Assembly: GCF_006345805.1 (NCBI RefSeq)
Contig: NC_042997.1
Location: 113,088,001 to 113,152,000, forward strand
DNA length: 64,000 nucleotides
Direction: 5' to 3'
Source of the DNA: Octopus sinensis
Taxonomy: Eukaryota
Each line of letters starts with the position of its first letter. Positions within the stretch are counted from its first letter, which is position 1. A model generated the notes under the pieces. That model was not told where the DNA came from. It did no database searches and saw only the letters and a list, made by a program, of their open reading frames with translations. The position numbers and the translations under genes were made by a program. This document shows, piece by piece, positions 1 to 10,136 of the stretch.

Positions 1-279
1 AGAGAGAGAGAGAGGGAGAAAGAGAGAGAGACCTATCAAGGTTATTGAATTGAGACAGTTATTTAAAAAAAGGGGTAAAAAGACAAGGATAGGCAGTGGG
101 AATGGAATGGAGATGAAGTAAATAAAATAGGATAAATGATTAGAAGGAAGAAAATGAGACGAAGGAAAAGAAGTGATGAGATCAATAGATCAATAAATGG
201 AGAAACAGGGACAAGACAACACTGGAATTAATAAGGGAGTAGTTTCCAGTTTCATCATCTTTCGTTATTGTCACAATCG

Positions 280-471
280 TCATCATCATCATCATCATCA
301 TCAGCATCATCACCATCACCACTACCTCCACCTCCATCACGATCCTGATCATCGTCATTTTCATCATTTTCATATTTTCATGTAATCATTATCGTTGTCA
401 TTGTCATTGTTGTTGTCGTTGTTATCGTCGTCACCATCATCACCATCATCATTATCATCATCACCATCATC

Positions 472-503
<32 letters not shown>

Positions 504-640
504 CATCACCATCGTTGTCGTCATCATCATCATCATCATCTTTAATAACATCATCATTGTCACCTTCAAGACCACCACCATCATTGTTGACTTCCTTGTT
601 GTCGTCGTCCTATTCTCATCATGAAAATCATCATCATCTT
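280..640. repeat. (CAT/CAC/CGT)n compound trinucleotide microsatellite
   Basis: Directly visible; explains the poly-His/poly-Met ORFs at 182-652. Confidence 0.95.
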
Positions 641-654
641 ATCAATAGGTAACT

Positions 655-1632
655 TTCGAAATGTACATAGAATACCATTTTGTTTCATTTGGTTTGAAAA
701 ATTAAATCAGTCAAGTGGGTATTGTTACTGTACATACACGGTTGAAAGTGTTCACGTAAGTTGTCCATAGTTGTAGGTTGTTTTTCATCTTCGACCATTT
801 GGTACAAAGATTGTTCTTAATTTATTGTGATCCTAACTTTGAAGCTCAGTACGAAACACACACACACAGACACCCATATATGTGTGTGTTTGTGTGTACA
901 TATGCATACTCTAACAGAAACTAACATACGCACACGTAGAGACACGCATATTTCATGTGGAATGGCAGCAATTTCTTGACGAATGGCATCTTTTAATTGT
1001 TCAATAGATTGAGGGCGATGAGTGTATACCTCTGAGTTCATGTACCTCCACAGGAAAAAATCTCACGGGTTCAAATCAGGTGATCGGCTAACCGATGTCA
1101 CCGCGCAATGAGATCAAATGACCGGGGAACATCTCCCCCATCGTACATCGTGAAGTGTGGGCTGTTTCCCCATCCTGTTGAAGCCAAACATTGTCCTTAT
1201 CATCAAGTTCATTCAATTTGAGTTTCCGAAAAGTCTCTAGCATCACACAATATGGATCAGAGTTTACAATCAATGTAACATTGTTTTCTTCGAAGAAGTA
1301 CGGACCCCAAATGCCGAATTCTGCTACCGGAGAATTTCAAGTAGGTATGAGATAACGTCTACCAAGCCTTAGGTGCACACGGAATGATCTTCGTATTGCA
1401 GTTACAGATTCGTTGTTCTTGATAAATGTTTCCACAACAAAAGCGTGATGCTCGCCCCTCCAATACATATTCGCAACCAAAAGCAAACTGAAATAAAATA
1501 TCACAAATTGCACTTTTTGAAACAAAATGGTATTATATGTACATTTCGAAATTAAAAACACCTTTTGTATTCTTTACACCATTTCACTTTCATTAAACCT
1601 ACAAATGTGTCAGATCATTTTGCCGCACCCTG
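655..1632 (-). mobile_element. Internally deleted Tc1/mariner-superfamily transposon (DDxD, maT/rosa-like)
   Basis: Minus-strand fragments: N-terminal WRGEHHAFVVETFIKNNESV, then AEFGIWGPYFFE, WLQQDGETAH and DFFLWRYMNSEVY. TIR CAGGGTGCGGCAAAATGATCTG ends at 1632 next to TA. Bases 655-690 are an inverted copy of about 1520-1552, i.e. a remnant of the other long TIR. Confidence 0.8.
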
Positions 1633-2159
1633 TATTACCCCTTTTATAGTTCGTCCTGTTTAGGAATATCGAGGCTCCTGTAGGTAGTCAATTAACTACA
1701 CCCCTCTTTCCCTTTTCCTAAGTGTTAAATGTTACCCCCACCCATATCTATTACCTATTTTTTACTATTATAAATAATACTAGAAATACTTTCACTATCC
1801 CATGACGGTACTTATAACTCCACAGCATATAAATAGTAGCCCCTAGTAGGTTAATGCAGGTTATAAATCTTACTCTTTTTATAGTCCATCTTGTTAGGAA
1901 TAATCGAGGTTCTTGTAGGGAGTCAAGCAACCAACTTATCCTTCTCCTAAGTTTCATATGTAACTCCCTACCATTATCTATTACCTATTTCTTACACCAA
2001 CTAACATTTCCCCCATTTTATCATCACCTAACCCCTTGTGTTATGCCTTTTATTCTCTACCGTAACTGATCCGAGAACACAAAAGACCTTAGGTTTTCTA
2101 CCACATAATTAGCCCTACATGTGCATGAACAATATTTCCCTCATGTTTGATATTTTCAT

Positions 2160-2880
2160 CCTTTTCATTTGCGTTGGACAAAACACATCGCTAAAATTGC
2201 CAAGAAGGCTGAGGGTGTCTTGGCATCACTCACCAAGTCCTTTGTGAGCTGCTCTCCGGCTATCTATCTGCGGCTTTATATAGCTATGGTACGACCTCAC
2301 CTGGAATTTGCATCACTGGGCTGGAACCCCTATCTTGCCCAGGATATTAATTGCCTGGAAGCCGTTCAGCGACATGCAACCAAGAGACTACCCTCCATCA
2401 GGCATCTGCCATATTCTGAACGCCTTACTTCCCTGGGCATGGACACATTGAAACTCCGACGTTTGGCAGTTGACTTGGCAGACACCCATAAAATTATTAA
2501 CCATCTTACTAACAATAACTCTGAGCACCTTTTCAAACTCCACCTGTCTAACACCCATGGACATGTTTACAAAGTCAGAAAATAGCACAGCTCCCATGAC
2601 TTTTGGAAACATTTTTTCACGCTAAGAATTGCTGAAGTATGGAACAAACTGCCGGCATCAGTTGTTAGTTGTCGGAGAACTGCATCCTTCAAAACTTCCA
2701 TGCTTCCTGAGATTCGCCAACACTACACCTGATTTTCTCCTCTCCATACACACGCAAGCATGTATCTGACTCGTACACTGTTCACTCCCCAGACATTTCT
2801 ACATTACTGCATATACTCTACACGCACTTTTGACAAGTTGTGGTGCACCTGGGCACTGTATACAATAATTTCATTATTAT
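2160..2880 (+). mobile_element. 5'-truncated CR1/L2-group LINE, RT C-terminus and 3' end
   Basis: ORF 2169-2585 (LYIAMVRPHLEFAS..WNPY..LEAVQRHATK..YSERL..LRRL..DL) continues past a stop as FFTLRIAEVWNKLP; (ATT)n tail near 2875. Confidence 0.9.
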
Positions 2881-3137
2881 TATATTTTTATTATATGTTG
2901 CTTTTTTACTCTTCGCCCACAAGTATTTCTTTGCACCCACTTGGAGTTAATATACCTTTGCTTAGAAATTTAACGATTAGATTCAATTAGTACCTCTCTC
3001 TTATCTCAGGGCATTTGTTTTTGCCTTTTAAGTTTACTTAGTAAGTAACATTTAACACTTAGGAAAATGGAAAGAGTGGGGTAGTTAATTGACTACCTAG
3101 AGAAGCCTTGATATTCCTAAACAGGATGAACTATAAC

Positions 3138-3553
3138 AATCTTTTCCTTTTGAACGACACTTTGTAACATAATTTCTAGGTAACTAAACACTTTTAAACT
3201 TCGTATACTGGTAGAATGTGTTTATAAAACATAATTTTTTCTTGGCTTTATTGAGAAAATTCTATATGTTGTAAGATATTTTGTCTTTAATTTCAAGCAT
3301 TTCGGCAATTTTAACCAATCAAATACGTCCATTTAGGTAAATAACATTCTGTGCATAATGAATATGTCCCTCGTTTAAGAAACAGATTGGGTTTATTTAC
3401 ATTTGTGAAGAAAAAAGATACCCCTCTCCCACCCCTAACCCTAACTAACCCTAACTCTCATCCTAAATCTAATATAGATTGAAATGCAATAGATCGATAC
3501 TAGGGTTATAATTATGGATGACAATTTCATACGACACCACTACGGAAAATGGA
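3138..3553 (-). mobile_element. MITE copy, same family as 59526-59936
   Basis: Reverse complement aligns along the 59526-59936 element, including its degenerate CCCTAA repeats. Confidence 0.85.
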
Positions 3554-3555
3554 TT

Positions 3556-3817
3556 TTTTTCTAGCGGTGTCAAATGAAAATGTCACCCATAATTATGGCC
3601 CTAGTATCAATCTATTGCATTTCAATCTATTTTAGATTTAGGGTTAGGGTTAGGGTTAGGGTGGGGGAAGGGTATCTTTTTTTCTTCACAAATGTAAATA
3701 AACCCAATCTGTTTTTTAAAGGAGGGACATATTCATTATGCACAGAATGTTATTTACCTAAATGGACGTCAGCGATTGGTTAAAATTGCCAAAATGCTCG
3801 AAATTAAAGACGAAATA
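3556..3817 (+). mobile_element. Partial MITE copy, same family, head-to-head with the previous copy
   Basis: Aligns with the 5' part of 59526-59936; contains (TTAGGG)3 at 3639-3656. Confidence 0.85.
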
Positions 3818-4284
3818 TATATATATATATATCTCTTATTATAAAAGGCAGATTTTATCTGCCTCCCTTTGGGAGTTATACAAATCTACAATATAGGATT
3901 TCTTCAATTACAATTTACCTAGCATTTTTAAGAGTACAATGCATCGCGTCATGCCAGGTCCAGTTTTTAAAATTTAAACTCCAATTAAGCAAAATTTACA
4001 GAAAACTCACATTCTGGTGTGTGTGTCAAATGCTTTTCTTAGTCTGGTTTACACCACACGCAAACGCACACACACAGTGGGCAACGAATAAGTGAAACTA
4101 GATGTAATATTTGTTTCTCTCTATCACGCTGATAGATACATGAGTAAAATGTATGGGAAGCTAACACATAAGTGTGAGTGAAAATGTTCTTGGAAGAGAG
4201 TAAATAGCCAGAGATAGTGATTTGAGGAAGACTTTACATTAAATAACCGTAGTGGCTTGTGTTAGTAATAAAGTAAACATACAC

Positions 4285-4480
4285 TCATACATACATACAT
4301 ACATACATACATACATACATACATACATACATACATACATACATACATACATACATACATACACACACACACATACATACATACACACACACATACATAC
4401 ATACACACATACATACATACATATACATACATACATATACATACATACATACACACACACACACATACACACACACACAG
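4285..4480. repeat. (TACA)n/(CA)n microsatellite
   Basis: Directly visible. Confidence 0.95.
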
Positions 4481-4699
4481 TATTGAAGCTTGAGAACAAT
4501 CAGATACATTTGCAACACATCTGTTGAAAATATTATTGTTCACACACATACATATACATATATACATACAGACAGACAGACAGATAGACACACACACACA
4601 CACACATGATCCAGCATGGCCACAACCTCAAGGCTGAAACATATAAAAGAATAACAGAATATAAATGTGTGCATGTGTGTGAGAGAGAGAGTGTGTGTG

Positions 4700-4731
<32 letters not shown>

Positions 4732-4899
4732 TGTATATATATATAATAATGCAGTTTTTTCAACAGCTTGAACTAAAAGTCAGAGGGGAATGGGATAAAC
4801 TACTTATATTAACTTGCTATAAAAGCAGGTAGTAATTTTATCTTGTCCTTATTCATAGTGCAAGTTTTGAAGAGTGCATTTCGATTTTAACAGCTATTT

Positions 4900-5190
4900 T
4901 TTTCAAAGCTATATTGGAACAGCCTAGAAGACGAGCCTCATCCTGAAAGATCTGTAGAACTCGACAAGGACATCCTGAAAACCCTGGTGGAACAAAATCT
5001 CATCGTAACTGTTGAGGAACTAGCAGAGAAGCTTGGATTTGGTCATTCAACCATTCATTGAGACCTGTGTGCTATCGGAAAAGTCAGCAAATTGGGTCAA
5101 TGGGTTCCTCACGAACTTTCCGAGTCTAATTGCATGCAGAGAGTGAATGTATGCTTTTCTTTGCTGTCACATCTCACCACTACTGCGCTA
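4900..5190 (+). mobile_element. Mariner (DD34D-type) transposase fragment
   Basis: Translates LEDEPHPERSVELDKDIL..TVEELAEKLG..GKVSKLGQWVPHELSE, containing the mariner WVPHEL motif; one in-frame stop; truncated by a Helitron. Confidence 0.85.
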
Positions 5191-5196
5191 TGTATA

Positions 5197-5832
5197 TCTA
5201 TATATATAAAACTGTAGTTGTGTGAGTGTCTGTCCCCTTCGATTTAGATTCCTAACTACTCCCACATTTTGCGGTGCAGTTTAACCAAATTCGGGTAGCT
5301 TATAGTCGTGATTCATATCGAGCCCGTCCGAGTATTAGCGCGCGTCTATGATGAGTCTACGATTTTAAAAATAATTTAACATCATTTTTTATTCCATTTT
5401 AATGCATAATTTTTCGTGTGTCGATGGCGGCGGAGTTGGCGTCCACGCTCACACCTGCACCTGTGGGGAAGGGAGTGTAAGGAAATCAACGCCGTAATGC
5501 GTTGTCAAGGAGACCAGCGTTCTTTTAGAACAACGACTTCATGGCTTGAAGACACCAAAACAGAAATGGCTAAGAAAGCGTCTACATGAGTCTACGATTT
5601 AAAAAAAAATTTACCATCGTTTTTTTTCCATTTTAATGCATTTTTTCGCTATTATATAAGGGAAGTAACTCTCTGAAAATGTCTACGATGAGTCAACGAT
5701 TTTTCAAAAAATTTACCATCATATTTTTTCCATTTTTAATGCATTTTTTGCTATTTTTTGGCTATAACTCTCTAAAAATGCTTATATAGTTATTTCCCTT
5801 ACAAATCCGAGCAACGCCGGGTGATACTGCTA

Positions 5833-5833
<1 letters not shown>
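5197..5833 (+). mobile_element. Non-autonomous Helitron
   Basis: 5' A|TCTATATATATAAAA, 3' CCGAGCAACGCCGGG hairpin followed by CTAG|T. No TSD, A|T insertion site, and three internal degenerate repeats starting near 5346, 5581 and 5681. Confidence 0.85.
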
Positions 5834-5870
<37 letters not shown>

Positions 5871-5875
<5 letters not shown>

Positions 5876-6220
5876 GTGGTAAGTAGCTTGCTTACCAACC
5901 ACATGGTTTTGGGTTCAATCCCACTGCGTGGCACCTTGGGCAAGTGTCTTCTACTATAGCCTCAGGCCAACCAAAGCCTTGTGAATGGAATTGGTAGATG
6001 GAAACTGAAAGAAGCCTGTATGTATGTATGTGTTTGTCCCCCCAACATCGCTTGACAACCGATGCTGGTATGTTTACGTCCCTGTTACCTAGCGGTTCGG
6101 CAAAAGAGACTGATAGAATAAGTACTAGGCTTACAAAGAATAAGTCTTGGGGTTGATTTGTTCGACTAAAGGTGGTGCTCCAGCATGGATGCAGTCAAAT
6201 GATTGAAACAAATAAAAGAA
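5871..6220 (+). mobile_element. tRNA-derived CORE-type SINE (family 1)
   Basis: tRNA-like head with B-box GGTTCAATCC and a CORE-like ACCTTGGGCAAGT block. More than ten copies in the window, e.g. 11758-12165 (-), 15297-15690, 30940-31325 and 56542-56715. Confidence 0.85.
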
Positions 6221-6230
6221 TATATATATA

Positions 6231-6285
<55 letters not shown>

Positions 6286-6552
6286 ACCAAATAAGTTAGG
6301 GGTTGTGGATCCAACCAACTAAGGGATAATATTTATCCAATATACTGTTGGTATAATACCCAAATTATTAATACACAAGTGTTTTTAATTGCAATGCAAT
6401 GAACTCACTTATTGTATTAAATGGGTGTAGGTAAAGAAATATTTTACCCTTAATTTATATTACAAATAAGAAAATGGAGAAACACATTAGTTGGTTTATC
6501 AGCTTTAAGATATTAGAATGTTGTCTTATTTAATTAACATAACTACAACCAT

Positions 6553-6599
<47 letters not shown>

Positions 6600-6684
6600 A
6601 TATAGTATAAAATTCAATACATTTAAGATAAGAATACAGATATTTATTAAAAAAAACATTAATATAAATTGCTAGAATCATTAA

Positions 6685-6813
6685 AATTCCTTACAGCTGT
6701 TTCAGCCTATGAAAAAAAGTCATTTTCTGTGCCTCTACTTGTCAATTATATTGAGGTTGTAGGCAGTTAAAAATGGGGTTATAATAATATCCATAGGCCT
6801 CGTCAGAGATTAT
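6685..6813 (-). ncRNA. Type I hammerhead ribozyme motif (Penelope-type)
   Basis: Minus strand reads CUGACGA, stem II GGCCUAUG/CAUAGGCU (8 bp, about 80-nt loop), GAAA, C-AGCU-G palindromic stem III, GUA cleavage triplet. Stem I is only about 3 bp. Confidence 0.7.
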
Positions 6814-7194
6814 AAAGTACTTTCAAAATATAAATATATGCATCAAACAAGATACACGTACAATTTAATTTATGTATATAAATATGAATATATATCCATA
6901 TATACATACACACATATATATACATAAGCAAAATATATACACCTATACATGTACATAAATACATAAATAGGCACAATTAGATATACGTACAAGCATATAG
7001 ACAATTAATCATATACATGTATATACATATATACTGGAACATACACATACATCTATATTCTGTGTCCTTAAGTTTTCAAACAGGAGAGATAAGCACCTCC
7101 ACCCAGCAAAGCCAGCACCCAGAGACTAGTTACAGAGTTATTGTTCTTCATCAGTCTGAAGTAGCTTGGCTTACTAGCTGTCGATGCTTATTCA

Positions 7195-7404
7195 CCTTTG
7201 AAAATTTATAGTATTTCAAGTGAAATAAATTTACTGATTTACAAAATTAGAAATATTGCATTTCTAAATCTCTCAGAGAAACTTATACAGTAGCAGCTCA
7301 ATAAACTGATGGCTTGTTGCTGCTACTGTATTTAGGAATGCAATATTTCTAATTTTGTAAATCAGTGAATTTATTTCCCTTGAAATACTATAAATTTTCA
7401 AAGG
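7195..7404. repeat. Long inverted repeat (hairpin)
   Basis: 7195-7269 is the reverse complement of 7330-7404 with 3 mismatches. An inner stem ACAGTAGCAGC/GCTGCTACTGT closes a 21-nt loop. Confidence 0.9.
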
Positions 7405-7870
7405 ACCATCTTTGGCAGTAATTACAGCTTGATTTCTACGAGGTATGGACTCGTGCAAAGTTTGAATTGTTTCCAAAGGAATTTTTGTCCATTCTTCAGC
7501 TAAAGCAGTCTCCAGTCCTTGTAGTGATGATGGTGGAGGATCTTGACCCCTTACTTGTTTTTCTAAAATGCACCATAAATGCTCAATAATGTTGAGATCT
7601 GGGGACTGTGGTGGCCAAATAAGATGTTCAACTTCACTAGAATGTTCCTCGTGCCATTCAGTAACAACTTTAGCTGTATGAATTGGTGCATTATCATCCT
7701 GAAAGATTGCGTTACTTTCCGGAAACAGTTCAGCAACCATAGGATGAATTTGGCAACACTAATAATAAATCAAAAAACATAAAAATAAACAAGCTTTTGA
7801 TGGTTTTATAGATATTTCAAAATTACGATGCTATGATGCTAGCTGTTTCCATTATTTTGTCCAACTCCTG
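7405..7870 (-). mobile_element. Internally deleted Tc1 (DD34E) transposon
   Basis: FQDDNAPIHTAK..WPPQSPDLNIIEHLW..AVITAKDGP; TIR CAGGAGTTGGACAAAATAATGGAAAC ends at 7870 next to TA. Confidence 0.9.
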
Positions 7871-7894
7871 TATATGTGTGTATGTATGTAGTAT

Positions 7895-8320
7895 GTATGT
7901 ATGGAAGGGCATCACTGTTACACTTCCAGATGGGAAGGGTCTTCCTATGATGCTGACATGCAGTGTCTGTGCACGACCCTGCCTCAGTAAAGCTGGACTC
8001 AAGGGTCATCTTCATAGTCATAAAGCGAGACAGATGAGTGACAACCTGGCCACTGGTGGAGGTGTTACACACCATACTAATCATATCTGCCAGGTATGTG
8101 GAAGAGAGTGTAATTCGGCAGGAGGACTTAAACGACATGCAAAGGTACATGAAGCCCAGTTACAACTACAGCCGGCTACAGCCGGTAAAAGTTTTAGCTG
8201 CCAATTCTGTACAAGACATTGTAGATCTATAGCTGGGTTAAAAAGTCACATTCGATCACAGCACCAATAACAGTTAAGCTTCATGCAATGGCCATACTCG
8301 ATAACGAGGGGGCAGCCATC
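7895..8320 (+). mobile_element. Probable 3' end of an RTE-clade LINE encoding three C2H2 zinc fingers
   Basis: Three C-x2-C-x12-H-x3/4-H units with a CxxCxRxCxSxxGL signature and no TGEKP linkers; stop at 8268-8270, short 3' UTR, (TATG)n tail. The RTE assignment is from recalled family features. Confidence 0.65.
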
Positions 8321-8353
<33 letters not shown>

Positions 8354-9103
8354 TATATGTATGAATGAATGAATGAATGAATGAAAGAATGAAGGCTTAT
8401 GGCTTAGTGGTTAGGGTGTTGCAGTCATGATCACAAATCATGGTTTCAGTTCCCAGACTGGGTGCTGTGTTCTGTCTTTGAACAAAACATTCCCTTCTGC
8501 ACTGGTCTGTGATTGCTTTCACATTTGTCATGGCACATCATGCATCTGTTCAGGCAACATTGGTTTGATGGAAAGACTGTGCTAATGCGCCGAACAAACA
8601 TTTGATCACTATAAACAAATTATTTGTGCAGGATGTTTAGCAAGATATTGTTGAACTCTCAAGTGCCGTCTCTGACAGGATATAAAGAAATAGATATCTC
8701 TCATATGTGTGTGTATTGGAAATTGGTAACAGCAGCTTTTTCTTACCAAGTGTGTGAATCAGTTGCTCTCATCTACTGTATATATACCTAACCAATTTAT
8801 ACAAGTCTATATTTATTTAACTTATTGACAATTATGATTAATTGCTGAACTGAGAGCAATTTAGTGATAGTGAAATTAGCACAGAGTTTAAACATTATAT
8901 CAAGGTTGTTATTACCACTCAATGTGATTACATTGATAGAACCACTTATTAAAATGCCTGCAACTTTCAGCTTAAATTATTTAATATTAGCTTTATTAAG
9001 CAGCAAGATGGCTGCTTAACAGCTGAAGCAGCAGCAAAGGTTCATATTATACTGCTGGCCTTAAACCTTGGCCATTTTTTGTCTGGTAATATTTATGTCT
9101 TGA

Positions 9104-9852
9104 AAGGCAGCGAGCTAGCAGAAATGTTAGCACACTGGGCGAGGTGCTTAGCGGTATTTTGTCTGTCTTTATGTTCTGAGTTCAAATTCCGCCAAGGTTG
9201 ACTTTGCCTTTCATCCTTCTGGGGTTGAAAAATTAAGTACCAGTTATGCACTGGGATCGATGTAATTGACTGGGTCTTCTTCCCCAAATATTTTGAGCCT
9301 TGTGCCTAGAGTAGAAAAAAATCAATAGCACGCCGGACTAAATGCTTAGTGGTATTTCGTCTGTCTTTACGTTCTGAGTTCAAATTCCGCTGAGGTCGAC
9401 TTTGCCTTTCATCCTTTTGGGGTCAATAAATTAAGTACCAGTTGTGTTCTGGGGTTGATCTAATCAACTGGCCTCACCCTGTCCAAAGCTTTCAGGCCTT
9501 GTACCTAGAGTAGAAAAGAATATTTATGTCTTGAGTAAGGCAGTGAATAAATACTAGGCATCTAAAGAATAAGTCCTGGGGTTGATTTGCTTGAATAAAG
9601 GCAGTGCTCCAGCATGGCTACAGTCAAATGACTGAAAGAAGTAAAAGAGTAAAAGAATAAGGCAGCATGCTGGGCAAGATGCTTAGTGGCGTTTCGTCTG
9701 TCTTTACATTCTGAGTTCAAATTCCACCGACATCAACTTTGCCTTTCATCCTTTTGGGATTGATAAATTAAGTACCAGTGAAATTCTGGGGTCGATGTAA
9801 TCGACTAGTCCCCTCCCCCAAAACTTCAGGCCTTGTACCTCCAGTAGAAAGG

Positions 9853-9914
<62 letters not shown>

Positions 9915-10136
9915 ATATTAAGGTGGTGAGCTGGCAGATTTGCTAGCATGCCAGGCAAAATGCTCAGTGGCATTTCATCCATCTTCACTGTCTGAGTTGA
10001 AGTTTCGCTGAGGTCGACTTTGCCTTTCATCCTTTTAGGGTCGATAAGATAAGTACCAGCTGAGCCCTTGGTGGGGTCAATGTAATCAACTTCCCTCTCC
10101 CCTGAACTTGCTGGCCTTGTGCCAAAATTTGAGACC
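9104..10136 (+). mobile_element. Cluster of four family-2 tRNA-derived SINEs plus a family-1 tail
   Basis: Repeated TTCTGAGTTCAAATTCC B-box and GCCTTTCATCCTT..GGGGTCGATAAATTAAGTACCAG body; (ATT)n at about 9856-9912; delimited by three copies of a 16-bp sequence. Confidence 0.9.

Noticed and set aside
182-652. Poly-His/Met/Ser ORFs, and all similar ORFs over (CA), (TACA), (TA), (GAT), (AGC) and (AAT) tracts
   Set aside because: They are translations of microsatellites that lack stops by composition; no domain content.
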